DNA of 64,000 bases, taken from Squalus acanthias (lineage: Eukaryota). The notes beneath the pieces were generated by a model, which was given only the letters and a program-made list of their open reading frames with translations, was not told the origin of the DNA and ran no database searches. Every line of letters starts with the position of its first letter. Position 1 is the first letter of the stretch. This document shows positions 48,048 through 61,858 of the stretch, one piece after another. Made by a program: the position numbers and the translations under genes. The stretch spans positions 103,790,001-103,854,000 of the forward strand of contig CM059432.1 of NCBI GenBank assembly GCA_030390025.1, in the 5' to 3' direction.

Positions 48048-48353
48048 TTTTAAATAAATCTGTTGGACTATAACCTGGTGTTGTGCGACTTCTCATTTTT
48101 ACCAAAAAGAGACAGACTTGTTGTATCTAATGACCTTTTCCAGTTCTTAGAAAATTGTTATGTTCTGTTACCATCAAAGAATTTTCTTTGGTTGCGCATA
48201 TTTATTGATTTCTGCTTTATAATATTCATTAAATATTTATAAGAATTGATTTGTACAGATGTTCTACGACAGAAGTTGATGTACACATTATTAGAGCTGA
48301 AAAGGTCTTTTGTGATTCAGTATTAACAAGGTTAATCTTCTGCTGTACATAAT

Positions 48354-49092
48354 GGGCGAGCTTTTGTTATAAAAATAATGGTGAGACTAACAGCGCTCAG
48401 CGTTATTTAGGTGCAAATTAGACAGCAACTTCCGGCAACTGCAGATGCGCAGCTAAACGCAGAAATCCGGAAGTTGCTGTCGGAGATGCGATGTTCCTCC
48501 ATAAGCTTCCCAAAAACGGCATCCTGCCGACTGACTCACCATTCAAATACATTGAATGGCATGAAGTTGCTGTACTTATCTCATAGATACGGATTAAACT
48601 TGCCAGAAAAAGTTAGGGCCTATACATTCCTGTGTAAGTGCCCTTTTAACGGCATGGTAAGTCTTAATTACTGCCAAACAACCTCTCTTGCACTGAAAAT
48701 TCTACAAGTGTGGAGACTCATTCCTTCAGATTTTATTTATTGTTGAAGTTATTTTTAAATTGAAACTTTTACTTTCTATCTCTTTGTTCTCTCTCTCTCA
48801 ATCCCATCTTTCTTTCTCTCTCTTTATTTTACTTTCTGTACCTGATTTGACATTGAATTAAATATTCTAACTGACACTTTCTGGTTCAGACTCTTCGCTA
48901 CTCATTAACAATTCTTCAATCTGATTGGTTAAGGAGATACGCCTTGCCCTGTTGCTTGCCCTGTTCACAAAGGTCTCAGGTGCCCTGTAGAGGATGCTGC
49001 ACTGTTTGGCTGAGAGGAATTTGCTGTGCAAGTCTATGGGCAAATTTAAGTGCTGGCGCCATTCATTCGCCGCTCAGAGCAAAATCCGACCC
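48354..49092. mobile_element. Old Harbinger-like MITE
   Basis: Degenerate TIRs GGGCGAGCTTTTG / CAAAATCCGACCC with AAT/ATT flanks. Confidence 0.5.
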
Positions 49093-49637
49093 ATTGACAA
49101 TTGCAGTCCTGGGGTAAATGTCATTTTGTGTTCCTATGGTCTTTAAATATGGCACCGAAGTAAAGATAGGCACTGTACTCACAAGGCATTACTTGTGGAG
49201 ACTTGAATGAATAGTCATTTTTATGTAATCTAGGTGTTGAGAAACCAATAAATTAAATGTGAGGCAGACCACATTCTTTCCAATGAGACACATCTAATGA
49301 TCCAGCTTTATTTTGAAACATTATTACTTAATGGTAAACATAATCCAGATGTGAGTTCAAATTACCCTCAATACTTTCTTTCATTTCCCCACTTTATTAT
49401 TTCCTGATTTTAAAGATTTGTTTTCTTTCTTTTCAGCAGAGGAATAAAATGCCAGGTAGGAAGGTAAAAACTGCATTTACTGCAAATAGAAACGTTAATT
49501 AGTATAAAAATAAGTAGTATTCCCTGTAATACATTATTCTGGTAGAATAACGTGATACTTTACTGTCTTGCTGTGCCTCTGGGTATTTTTGCTTTTGGGA
49601 GAGTAATCTATACTCCTAAATCTCTCTGCACTGTGCT

Positions 49638-50058
49638 AAGAAAGAAAGAAAGACTTGCATTTATATAGCACCTTTCACAACCTCAGGACATCCAAAGCAT
49701 TTTACAGCCAATGAAATACAGTTGAAGTGTAGTCACTGTGTAATGTAGAAAACGTGGCAGCCAATTTGCACACAACAAGGTCCCACAAACAGCAATGTGA
49801 TAATGACCAGATAATCTGTTTTAGTGATATTGGTTGAGGGATAAATATTGGCCAGAACACCAGGGAAAACTCCCCTGCTCTTCTTCGAAATAGTGCCATG
49901 GCATCTTTTATGTCCACCCGAGATGGCAGACGGGGCCTCCATTTAACATCTCATCTGAAAGACGGCACCTCCGACAGTGCAGCACTCCCTCAGTACTGCA
50001 CTGGAGTGTCAGCCAAGATTTTGTGATCAAGCCTCTGGAGTGGGACTTGAACCCACAA
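49638..50058 (-). mobile_element. Deu-domain SINE (SacSINE1-like) with L2-type tail
   Basis: B box (reverse complement of GGGACTTGAACCC), Deu core, (CTTT)n tail; homologous to 30622-30930. Confidence 0.85.
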
Positions 50059-50083
50059 CACACAAAAGGGAAGATAGGTGGCC

Positions 50084-51671
50084 TTTTTTAAAATTTGTTT
50101 ATGGGATGTGGGCATCGCTGGCAAGGGCAGCATTTATTGCCCATCCCTAATTGCCCTTGAGAAGTTGGTGGTGAGCCGCCTTCTTGAACCACTGCGGTCC
50201 ATGTGGTGAAGGTACTCCCACAGTGCTGTTAGGGAGGGAGTTCCAGGATTTTGACCCAGCGTTAATGAAGGATCGGCGATATGCTTCTAAGTCAGGATGG
50301 TGTGTGACTTAGAGGGGAATTTGGAGGTGGTGGTGTTCCCATGCGTCTGCTGCCCTTGTCCTTCTAGGTGAAAGAGGTCGCGGGTTTGGGAGGTGCTGCT
50401 GAAGAAACCTTGGCGAGTCGCTGCAGTGCATCTTGTAGATGGTACACACTGCAGCCATGGTACGCTGGTGGTGGAGGGAGTGAATGTTTAAGATGGTGAA
50501 TGGGGTGCCAATCAAGCGGGCTGCTTTGTCCTGGATGGTGTCGAGCTTCTTGAGTGTTATTGGAGCTGCACTCATCCAGGCAAGTGGAGAGTATTCCATC
50601 ACACTCCTGACTTGTGCCTTGTACAGGAAACTCTTTCGTATCCGGCACCGACGGGACCGGGATGGTGCCGGTTGATTAAAAATTCCGGATAACGGAGAGG
50701 TATATCTACCGAGGCTATTTTTAACAAACAAAAATAAAATAATCAAGAAATGTGCAGTATAATTGAGTACTCACCTACAGAATGTTGTGTTAAATGGACT
50801 CGGACTCAGCAAAATTTCTGGTTATTGAGGTGTTCAGATCGGAAGAGACTTCCGACAGCGCCAAGAAGTCGAGTAGTGGCAGTTTGGAGAACTACCCCCA
50901 CTGACTTACTCGGCTACCGCGGGAGACTCAGGCTCGGACTCGGACTCGGCAACATTTCCGGTTATTGAGGTGCTGTTTTCGGAGTATGAATTTTGCCGGT
51001 TATCAGAGAATTCCGGATATTTAGGTGCCGTTTAAACGAGAGTTTCCTGTAGATGGTAGAAAGGCTTTGGGGAGTCAGGAGGTGAGACACCTAGCCCCTG
51101 ATCTGCTCTTGTTGCCACAGTATTTATGTGGCTGGTCCAGTTAAGTTTCTGGTCAATGGTGACCCCCAGGATGTTGATGGTGGGGGATTCAGCGATGGTA
51201 ATGCCATTGAATGTCAAGGGGTGGTGGTTAGACTCTCGCTTGTTGGAGATAGTCATTGCCTGGCACTTCTGTGGCGTGAATTTTACCTGCCACTTATCAG
51301 CCCAAGCCTGAAAGTCATCCAGGTCTTGTTGCATGCGGGCATGGACTGCTTCATTATCTGAGGAGTTGTGAATGGCGCTGAACACTGTGCAGTCATCAGC
51401 GAACATCCACATTTCTGACCTTATGTTGGAGGGAAGGTCATGATGAAGCAGCTGAAGATGGTTGGGCCTAGGACACTGCCCTGAGGAACTCCTGCAGTGA
51501 TGTCCTGGGGCTGTGATGATTGACCTTCAACCACCACAACCATCTTCCTTTGTGCTAGGTATGACCCCAGCCAGTGGAGAGTTTTCCCCTCGATTCCCAT
51601 TGACTTCAGTTTTACCAGGGCTCCTTGATGCCACACTCGGTCAAATGCTGCCTTGATGTCAAGGGCGGTCA
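50084..51671 (-). mobile_element. CR1/L2-group LINE (second family) 3' part
   Basis: [14 protein letters not shown] and KLDTIQDKAARLIG peptides. Confidence 0.9.
50624..51049. mobile_element. Tc1/mariner (pogo/Tigger-like) MITE, 426 bp
   Basis: TA TSD; ~26-bp imperfect TIR CAGGAAACTCT...CGGCACC; removing it restores the LINE sequence. Confidence 0.85.
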
Positions 51672-52319
51672 CAAGGGCCTATTCTCGGGTATACACTTAT
51701 ATGGCTCTATAAACATAGGAAGTATGGAAGAGCGACCCAGAGTTAGCAGTCCTGTGATTTTTCCCTTCCTCCCTGCAGGGAAACACCTGGCTTCTTCCTG
51801 CTGTTTCTCACCAATGGTTGTGATTGAGAACTCAGTATATGGGGAACTGCAGCCATAAACTCACACCCTACCCTTCCTTAGCTCATTGTCACAGCTCATT
51901 TGTTGCTACTTAACCTTATAGTGGTGAGGAAACCAGGTAATACTTGAGAATGGATAAGAAATTGGCTGAAGGATAGAAAGCATCAGGTATTTGTTAGGTG
52001 AGTATTGTCAGGGTGGGGGCGGAGAGGAGTACTGATGGCACACCCCAGGGATTGAGACCTTTACTGATTCTAATTTCCATTAGACTTGGATTTAGAAGCT
52101 CAATGTAAAATGATCAGAGTTGCAGATGATAATAAACTGGAAGGGAGGTGGGAGGTGAATATTAGGAGGCAGCCATGAACCCTGCAGAATGAATTAGATC
52201 AAATGTGTAAGTGTAGATTAAATTTAATATGGACAAGTGCAAATGGGGAGAAAAATGGATGCCATATGTACTCAATAAATGGTACCAATATCAACCAACC
52301 AGATAAGAAAGGACAGAAC

Positions 52320-55075
52320 TAATATTTATATAGTGTTCTTCATGTCCTCAAATGTCCCAAAGTGTTTCACAACCAAAATTACTTTTGAGGTGTAATCACT
52401 GCTGTAACGTTGGGAAACGCAGCAGCTAACTTGCACACAGCAAGATCCCACAAAGAGCAATGAGATAAATAATCAATTAATCTGTTTTTGGTGGTGTTGA
52501 CTGAGGGATGAATATTGGCCAGGACACCAGGAGTACTCCCCTGCTTTTCTTTAAATAGTGCCAAGGGATTCCCAAGCAGATGGAGCCTTGGTTCATCTGA
52601 AAGACAACCGGAGTGATTTTTAACTGTGGTGCAAATCGAACGGGAATAGTCTGCTATGCATGCCCAATAGCACCAGTTAAACACAAACCATTTTCATGGT
52701 TGAGCTTTATCTGCACAATATTGGCGAGCTACCAGCACTCAACAAGCGGTGACTGGCTATCGCCAATTGAAGGGCTAGAAAATCTGGTGGCTGCTCCGTG
52801 GAGCCGAGCCAGAAGTGTGTGCTTAAAGGGGCGTGCAATTCCAGGGTAGGGCTACGGAAAGCCAGCAGTGACTTTTGGAAAACTTATTACAATCTTTCTG
52901 CAGCAGTCTTCAATTGTCCCTTTAAGGATCGCTGGTTAGGCAGCTCTAAGTCCAGTACCAATAGATGGAGTGTGTGCTGTGCACACTTTGCCCATTAGTA
53001 CCTTGCATCGGGGTCCTACAAGCACCATACGATGCTGATTTAAATATTTTAATAAGGCTGTTTCGGGCGAGTGCACTGGTCACCCATTTTGAGGCCCATT
53101 CAGAAATTGAGTCAGGTGGGTCTCGGGCAGCCTGTTGGTGGTAGCTTTTTAAAATTTTCATCTGCTTGCCACACTATGGCCGCAATTTTGCCGGCGCACA
53201 GAGTGCGGGTTTGGAGGCGGGTCTGCTGTCAATATCAAAATGATTGACAGCGGGTTGGGAACCCGCTGCGAACCCGCCTCCATATAAGTTTCCAATGTGT
53301 CGGGTCTACGATTTCAGAACAGACCCGACACCAAGCGGCGGGGAGGCATTTAAGATAGTTCGATAGATGCTTGTTAATTAGATAGATATAAGATAGATGC
53401 TTCTTAACTACTATTTTGCCAGCCTATTTCTATTTTCTCACTTTTTTAACGGGGTTCACATCGTTTGGAGATCACATCAGGTAAGTAGGTTGGGTTCTCT
53501 ATGTCTCCCCATTGCTGTGAATAGGTGACAGCTGCAAAAGTGGTATGAGAGCTACCATTTGACAGCTGTTTATTTTCCAATGTCAGAAGCTTGAACCTTC
53601 AGGACTTGGAAGACACTTTTGAGCTGTATGCAGTTTGGAAGTGTTTGGAGTAAACTCTCTATCCACTGTCACCTCTTTGGAGCAAGCTCTCTCACCATTG
53701 ACAGATCGCTTCTGTCATCTCAACTTCAGCTGCCATCTATTCCAGTAACATCGGTGCCCTTGAAAAATCTCACTTTGGTCCTCTGAATCCTTCCACGATC
53801 AGCCCCAACACCAACATCACCAGGCACACCAGCATCACCAACAACAACACCAACCTTCTCTACAATCACCTGCTGCTGCACAGGACACAGGGCATCAGCA
53901 CCCGACAATATTGCTGCCTGGGAGGCCAGCGATGGCCTCACCATGGCCAGATTTACTTCACTTGACGCTGTACACCCTGGCTGCCATATGATGCGCCAGG
54001 TTGACACCACCCCACACCAGCACCATAAAGCATCCCTACAATGACCAAGCCATTCCTTTCACACTCATCATAATTGTGGGGGGAGGGGGTGAAGTTATGT
54101 CTCAACATTCACTGGAACTCACAAAGACACTTTCAAAGGTGAGCACAGATCTGTCCAAAAAGGTAAAGTGTTGAAAATATAGATTTCAATGTTTGATAAG
54201 ACATTAACAGAAACTTCACATGAACATTGGCTAAACCATCCAAGTGCCTACCCTTATGTGTTGTTAGTTGGTATGCTTGCATTAGCATGAGTGTGAGGGG
54301 TGACTAGTGAGATGGGGAAGTGATAATGTAGATAGAGAGGGATGGGTGGAGGTGCAAGGTAAGTTGGTGTGAGTAAAGATGTGCAGGAGTAGGGTAGGGA
54401 AGGCAGAGTGATGGGGATGTGATGTGCGGCACAGCAGGATGAGGTTGAGTGTGGTTTGCAGTAACATCTCGTGATCTACTGAGATCATTGAAAGGTTTGC
54501 GCCACTGCAGCCTGATCCTCCTGACGACATCCCTGCTTTTGCCCTTCTGTGCAATGTGCAACCAGGCTGCATTGGTGTCCTGGGGAGGTTTCTTCCACCC
54601 ATAGGAAGGGTAGAGAACTGCCCTGCGTGCTGTGACCCTCTCCATAAGCATATGTAGGGAGTCATGCGAGAGCCTCGGTGCAGCCGTCCACCTTTGTGCA
54701 GTGCTCGTCAGTTTTTGCAGCACCTCAATGCTGTCAAACACTGACAGAACAACTGCCAAAATGAATGTGGCCGTGGTCCCTTTAAGGAAACGAGCTGATG
54801 ACGCGTTTAATTGGCCAGGAAACACGCAGGGCGGGCTTAACAAACCCAATCTACGTAAAATCACTCGGAGAGAGCGGGCAGGAGCCGGGAACAGGACCGA
54901 GACCCGCCAACCACCTCTCCCGCCGCGATCCCGCCTCCGCTGGCAAAATCGCGGCCTATTTTTCAGCACAAATGGGGTAATAGGCAGATGAAAATCAACC
55001 CCAGTATCTCTGACAATGCAGCACCCCTTCAGTTCTGCACTCAAGTGTCAGCCTGAATTATGTACTCAAATGTCT
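52320..55075 (-). mobile_element. Decayed Deu-SINE (52320-52608 and 55003-55075) split by an old MITE (~52610-55002)
   Basis: SINE sequence CATCTGAAAGAC resumes as TCTCTGACAATGCAGCAC; inner ends GGAGTGATTTT / AAAATCAACCCC. Confidence 0.6.
53178..54956 (+). mobile_element. Internally deleted Harbinger element (family J/K)
   Basis: TIR GGCCGCAATTTTGCC / GGCAAAATCGCGGCC, TSD TAT/TAT; colinear with 36073-37855. Confidence 0.9.
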
Positions 55076-55820
55076 GGCGTGGTTGGAGGGCAGGACTGAA
55101 GTTTTAAGATAAGCTGATGCTTTCTGACAGCCACAGTTTACAGGATTGTTTATTTAATGTTTGTTCCCAAAGGAGTTATGTAAAATAAGCTGCTAAAATT
55201 CAGCTTTTAGAAACTCTTCTCCTCCAAAGAACTTTCCGGGGTATGCCAAGGTTTACTTTGTTCAAGACTGGTTGCAGAAGCTTTTTTTGAGATAAGGAAG
55301 ATGTTGCCTTGGTATGTATGCATCAACTGACTCTATTTGAGCACTCCTATCACGGCACTTGCAAAATTGTAATGGTTTGGAAATAAAATACATAGTAGGG
55401 GTTGCAATGGTGATGAGTGTTACTTAATTTAAGCAATTTCAATGAGATTTCCATACTTAGGATGTTATTACAACGTACATTGTGATGTGTGATATACAGT
55501 TGCCCTATTTGTTGTAGCATCCAGTTATGTTTTATAACTTTGAAAGCTGTTTTCATTTTATTCATGCACTTGTGGTAAAGGTCCCTTTGTTACTGTGTAG
55601 TGGCTGAGGAAAAAGCATTGACTGTTTGTATTAGAGAAGGCAACATCCATGGGGAAACGTGAGGAATTACATTAATATCAGTAAGACTATAATAGATTGC
55701 AAATCCCAGACTGGAGGCAGCCAGTTAGATCCATCTGAAGGCATAAAACCCAGGTTCTGATTCCTGTTGCTGCAAACCACATTTTTTAGTGATCGCGGTG
55801 CATAATAATTTTTATTTACA

Positions 55821-58560
55821 TTTTTTTTTATTCGTTTATGGGATCTGGGCATCGCTGGCAAGGCAGGCATTTGTTGCCCATCCCTAGTTGCCATTGAGAA
55901 GGTGGTGGTGAGCCGCCTTCTTGAACCGCTGCAGTCTGTGTGGTGAAGGTACTCCCACAGTGCTGGTAGGTAGGGAGTTCCAGGATTTTGACCCAGCGAC
56001 GATGAAGGAACAGTGATATACTTCTAAGTCAGGATGGTGTGTGACTTGGAGGGGAACTTGGAGGTGGTGGCGTTCCCATGTGCCTGCTGCCATTGTCCTT
56101 CTAGGTGGAAGAGGTCGCGGGTTTGGGAGGTGCTGCCGAAGAAGCCTTGGCGAGTTGCTGCAGTGCATCTTGTAGATGGTACACACTGCAGCCACGGTAC
56201 GCTGGTGGTGGAGGGAGTGAATGTTTAAGGTGGTGGATGGGGTGCCAATCAAACGGGCTGCTTTGTCCTGGATGGTGTCGAGCTTCTTGAGTGTTGTTGG
56301 AGCTGCACTCATCCAGGCAAGTGGAGAGTATTCCATCACACTCCTTACTTGTGCCTTGTAGATAGTGGAAAGGCTTCGGGGAGTCAGGAGGTGAGACACT
56401 CGCCACAGAATACCTAGCCTCTGACCTGCTCTTGTTGCCACAGTAATTATGTGGCTGGTCCAGTTAAGTTTCTGGTCAATGGTGACCCCCAGGGTGTTGA
56501 TAGTGGGGGATTCGACGATGGTAATGTTTCTGTGACGCGAATGTTACCTGCCACTTATCAGCCCAAGCCTGAACGTCGTCTAAGTCTTGTTGCATGCGGG
56601 CATGGACTGCTTCATTCTCTGAGGAGTTGTGAATGGCGCTGAACACTGTGCAGTCATCAGCGAACATCCCCATTTCTGACCTTATGTTGGAGGGAAGGTC
56701 ATTGATGAAGCAGCTGAAGATGGTTGCGCCTAGGACACTGCCCTGAGGACCTCCTGCAGCGATGTCCTGGGGCTGTGATGATTGACCTTCAACCACCACA
56801 ACCATCTTCCTTTGTGTTAGGTATGACTCCAGCCAGTGGAGCGTTTTCCCCCTGATTCCCATTGACTTCAGTTTTACTGGAGCTCCTTGATGCCACACTT
56901 GGTCAAATGCTGCCTTGCTGTCAAGGGCAGTCATTCTCACCTCACCTCTGGAATTCAGCTCCTTTGTCCATGTTTGGACCAAGGCTGTAATGAGGTCGGG
57001 AGCCGAGTGGTCTTGGCGAAACCCAAACTGGGCATCAGTGAGCAGGTTATTGGTGAGTAAGAGTCGCTTGATAGCACTGTCGATGACACCTTCCATCACT
57101 TTGCTGATGATTGAGAGTAGACTGATGGGGTGGTAATTGGTCGGGTTGGATTTGTCCTGCTATTTGTGGACAGGACATACCTGGGCTGTTTTCCACATTG
57201 TCGGATAGATGCCAGTGTTGTAGCTGTACTGGAACAGCTTGGCTAGAAGCGCGGCTAGTTCTGGAGCACAAGTCTTCAGCACGAGAGCCAGGATGTTGTC
57301 AGGGCCCATAGCCTTTGCTGTATCCAGTGCGCTCAGCTGTTTCTTGATATCATGTGGAGTGAATCGAATTGGCTGAAGAATGGCTTCTGTGATGGTGGGG
57401 ACCGCAGGAGGAGGCCGATATGAATCATCCACTCGGCACTTCTGGCTGAAGATGGTTGCAAACGCTTCAGCCTTGTCTTTTACACTCACGTGCTGGGCTC
57501 CACCATCATTGAGGATGGGGATATTCATAGAGCCTCCTCCTCCCGTTAGTTGTTTAATGGTCCACCACCATTCATGACTGGATGTGGCAGGACTGCAGAG
57601 CTTTGATCTGATCCGTTGATTGTGGGATCGCTTAGCCCTGTCTATAGCATGCTGCTTCCGCTTTTTAGCATGCATGTAGTCCTGTGTTGCAGCTTCCCCA
57701 GGTTGGCACCTCATTTTTAGGTGCGCCTGGTGCTGCTCCTGGCATGTTCTTCTACATTCCTTATTGAATCAGGGTTGGTCCCCTGGCTTGGTGGTAATGG
57801 TAGAGTGAGGGATATGCCAGACCATGAGGTTACAGATTGTGGTGGAATACAATTCTGCTGCTGATGATGGCCCACAGCTCCTCATGGATGCCTAGTTTTG
57901 AGCTGCTAGGTCTGTTCTGAATCTATCCGATTTACCACGGTGGTAGTGCCACACAACACGATGGAGGGTTTCCTCAGTGTGAAGACGGGACTTCATCTTC
58001 ACAATAACTGTGCGGTGGTCACTGCTACCAGTACTGTCATGGACAGATCCATCTGCGACAGGTAGATTGGTGAGGACGAGGTCAAGTAGGTTTTTCCCTT
58101 GTGTTAGTTCTCTCACCACCTGTCGCAGGCCCAGACTGGCAGTTATGTCCTTCAGGACTCGGCCAGCTCGGTCAGTAGTGGTGCTACCGAGCCACTCTTG
58201 GTGATGGACATTGAAGTTCCCCACCCAGAGTACATTCTGTGCCCTTGCTACTCTCAGTGCTTCTTCCAAGTGGTGTTCAACATGGCGGAGTACTGATTCA
58301 TCAGCTGAGGGAGGATGGTAGGTGGTAATCAGCAGGAAGTTTCCTTGTCCATGCTTGACCTGAAGCCACGAGACTTCATGGGGTCCGGAGTCAATTTTGA
58401 GGACTCCCAGGGCCACTCCTTCCCGACTGTATACCACTGTGCCGCCACCCCTGGTGGGTCTGTCCTGCCGGTGGGACAGGACATACCCAGGGATTGTGAT
58501 GGAGGAGTTTGGGACATTGGCTGAAAGGTATGATTCTGTGAGTATGACTATGTCAGGCTT
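55821..58560 (-). mobile_element. CR1/L2-group LINE (second family), near-complete EN+RT ORF with stops
   Basis: APE remnants (TTYHPPS, GNFNVHH, LDLVLTN, SDH), RT motifs and 3' tail. Confidence 0.92.
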
Positions 58561-60074
58561 GACTAGAATATAACTATAATATGACTAGAATTGCAAGAAT
58601 ATAAACTTTTTTGACAGGGTTAAAAGCGTAATACAGGCTAGAAATTGCTGTTAGTAATAATACTGTATGGGTGCTTAATGTATCCTTATGATATTGCCTG
58701 TCTGTTATTTTAATAGAGGTGTTAACTTATTTCTTTTAATTGGGTTCATGTCTCCATTAAGACAGCGGACACAAGAATGCCATATGAATGGATTAAGAAT
58801 TCGTCTGCTTTTATCGCCAATACTTATTTGTTGCCTCATGCTTTAAGGTTTTAGCAACAGAAAATTTTGAAATGCTCAATAGTTTCATCATCATCTAAAA
58901 GAGGAAAAGACATGTTCACATTTGTATGTGAACCTTCAAATGAACTCAGCTCTAAGGTTTTGGTTAAAGGATTTGACTTCTCCTTATCCCTCCTGAAACT
59001 ACTTAAAAAATAAAAATTGTTTATTTAAACTAGTTAAATCAGAATAGCCTCATTGCAGGTAACCCTCTGCCAGCTGGAGTGGTCTGAAACTGGGACAGAC
59101 GCTATAGTGAGATAATTTCAGTTTGTGAATGGAAAATGCACTGCCGGTCAGGATTATTGTAGGTGCATGTTGTAAAAGGTTTCAGTTCACAAATTAGCAT
59201 CATGTGTCTGGAGGAAGCATCCCAGTGAAAGTAACTGAATTCTGTACAACTATTTTGTTTTCATACTTCAAATATTTGCAATCCTTCTCGGAGAATATAT
59301 TTTTGGTTTGAAAGAAAGAATTGTAGTAAGCTGAAAAGTAGCAAAAAAAAATGGAACAAGTGGCAAAAATCAAAATGGAGCATGCCCTAGTCCTACCCAG
59401 AAAATAAGGGGATCAATTTCTGTAGATATTCTCCCGACCGTCTGCCAAAACTTTGGTGGAAGATCTGTAGAGACCCTGGAGAAACGGTGTTATCAGTATT
59501 TACGCTGTTCCTCCAGGGTTCCGTGGATCTTCCACCAAATTTACAGTGGATGATCGGGAGAACTTCCACGGAAATGAATGGTGTAAATCTTCTACCTTTT
59601 GCACTCGCATTCACCCTACAATAGCTTGTAAATCCACTACTATTGCAAACAAAGCTTTTGTGTACCACATTGCTTTCTGCTACTCTAAAAGTGATTAGAT
59701 GTCAGGTATACCGCCAGCTTAAGTTATGATAAGCCAGTATACCACTGCATTTTCAGTCTAACTGCTTGCCTTCACTTGTTGTAAGGCCTATATTCACCGC
59801 TCTTTCTGAGCTGTCAACTTTTGAGGAACCATATTAGCTTCTTTTTGAAGGTTTTGATCATTTTTTACAAGGTTTCTAGGTAGGCAATAAAGGTTTGAAT
59901 TTGGGCTGTTCAGTCTTGAGAGGGTTTTAATAGAGCATATAAGATTGTGAATGATGTAGAAAAGGTAAATCCATAACATTACTTCAAACTAAACAGTAGA
60001 ACAAGGGAGCACAAGTTCAAACTGGTGAAAGGTAAATGCAGGACTGGTATCAAGAGTTTCTTCGTCACACGGAG

Positions 60075-60237
60075 TGATCAACACATAGAATGAATATCCA
60101 AGTTAGGGTCGTGGAGGCAAAAACCCTGGAATCATTTAAGAAACAGCTGAATACGATGATGCAGGAGAGAGTTTGTAGGGTTTTTTTTGATGGATGAGCT
60201 AAGATGGCCTTCTTGATCTGCATCTATCTTGTGATCT
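60075..60237 (+). repeat. 163-bp direct repeat, left copy (right copy 61859-62021)
   Basis: Two substitutions between copies; each abuts one end of the RTE. Confidence 0.95.
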
Positions 60238-61858
60238 CTTCTTCTTTTCTTCTTAGGCAGTCCCTCGGAACCGAGGATGACTTGCTTCCACACTAAAAAT
60301 GAGTTCGCAGGTGACTGATGAGTCCAATGCAGGACCTACAGTCTCTGTCACAGGTGGGGAAGATGGTGGTTGAAGGGGTGGGTGGGTGGAGTGCTTGGGT
60401 TGATGTGCGCTCCTTGCGCTGTTTGCGCTTGGCTTCCACTTGCTCCCGGCGAAGAGACTCGAGGTGTTCGGCGCCTTCCCGAATGCTTCTCCTCCACTTT
60501 GTGCAGCCCTGGGCCAGGGATTCCCAGGTGTCAGTGGGGATGTTACACTTTTTCAAGGAGGCTTTGAGGGTGTCCTTGAAGCGTTTCTTTCTGCCCACCT
60601 GGGGCTCCCTTGCCGTGTCGGTGCTCTGAGTAGAGCGCTTGCTTTGGGAGCTGATTGAGCGTGGTCAAAGCTTCGATGCTGGGGATGTTGGCCTGAGCGA
60701 GAACACTGACGTTGGTGCACCTATCCTGCCAATGGATTTGCAGGATATTGCGGAGGCAGCATTGGTGGTACCTCTCCAGTGCTTTGAGGTGCCATGGTCC
60801 ATGTCTCTGAAGCATACAGCAGGGCGGGTATCACTACTGCTCTGTAGACCATGAGCTTCGTGCTGGGTTTGAGGTCCTGGTCTTCAAACACTCTCTTCCT
60901 CAGGCGACCGAAGGCTGCACTGGCACACTGAAGGCGGTGTTGGACTTCATCATCGATGTCTGCCCTTGTTGACAGTAGGCTCCCGAGGTATGGAAAGTGA
61001 TCCACTTTGTCCAAGGGCTCGTCATGGATTTTGATAATCGGGGAGCAGTACTGTGTAGCGGGGGCAGGTTAGTAGAGGACCTTTGTCTTACAGATCTTTA
61101 GTGTAAGGCCCATGATCTTGTATGCTTCGGTGAAGGTGTTGACGATGGTTTGGAGTTCGACCTCCGAGTGTGTGCAGACGCAAGCGTCATCTGCATACTG
61201 TAATTCGATGACAGGGATGGGACAACCTTGGATCTGGACTGGAGGCGACGGAGGTTGAACAGTTTTCCATTTGTTCTGTAGATTAGCTCCACTCCAGTGA
61301 GGAGCTTACTGAGGGTGAGATGGAGCATGGCAGCCAGGAAGATCGAGAAGAGCGTTGGTGCGATGACACAGCCTTGCTTGACCCCAGTCCGTACGTGAAT
61401 TGGGTCTGTGGTGGATCTGTTGGTCAGGATCACGGTTTGCATGTCGTCGTGAAACAGGCGGAGGATGGTGACAAACTTTTGAGGGCAGCCGAATTTGAGG
61501 AGGACACTCCATAATCCCTCACAGTTGACAGTGTCGAAGGCCTTTGTGAGGTCAAGGAAGGCCATGTACAGCGGTTGGTGCCGTTCCCTGCATTTCTCTT
61601 GTAGTTGACGCACGGTCAAGATCATGTCCATTGTGCCCCTTAGTGGGTAGAATCCGCATTGTGACTCTGGGAGGAGCTCTTCAGCCACTGGGAGAAGGCG
61701 ATTGAGGAGGATTCTTGCAATGACTTTCCCTGTGGCAGACAGCAGGGAGACTCCTTTGTAATTACCGCAATCGGACTTGTCACCTTTCTAGAAGATGGTC
61801 ACGATTATGGCATCTCTGAGTTCCCCTGGCATGCTCTCCTCCTTCCAAATAAGAGAAA
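60238..61858 (-). mobile_element. RTE-clade (BovB-like) LINE, 5' truncated
   Basis: LPESQCGF, QLQEKCRE, DLTKAFDTV, GVKQGCVIAPTLF, FPYLGS, C-terminal C..C...H...H remnant; (AAG)n tail. Confidence 0.92.
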
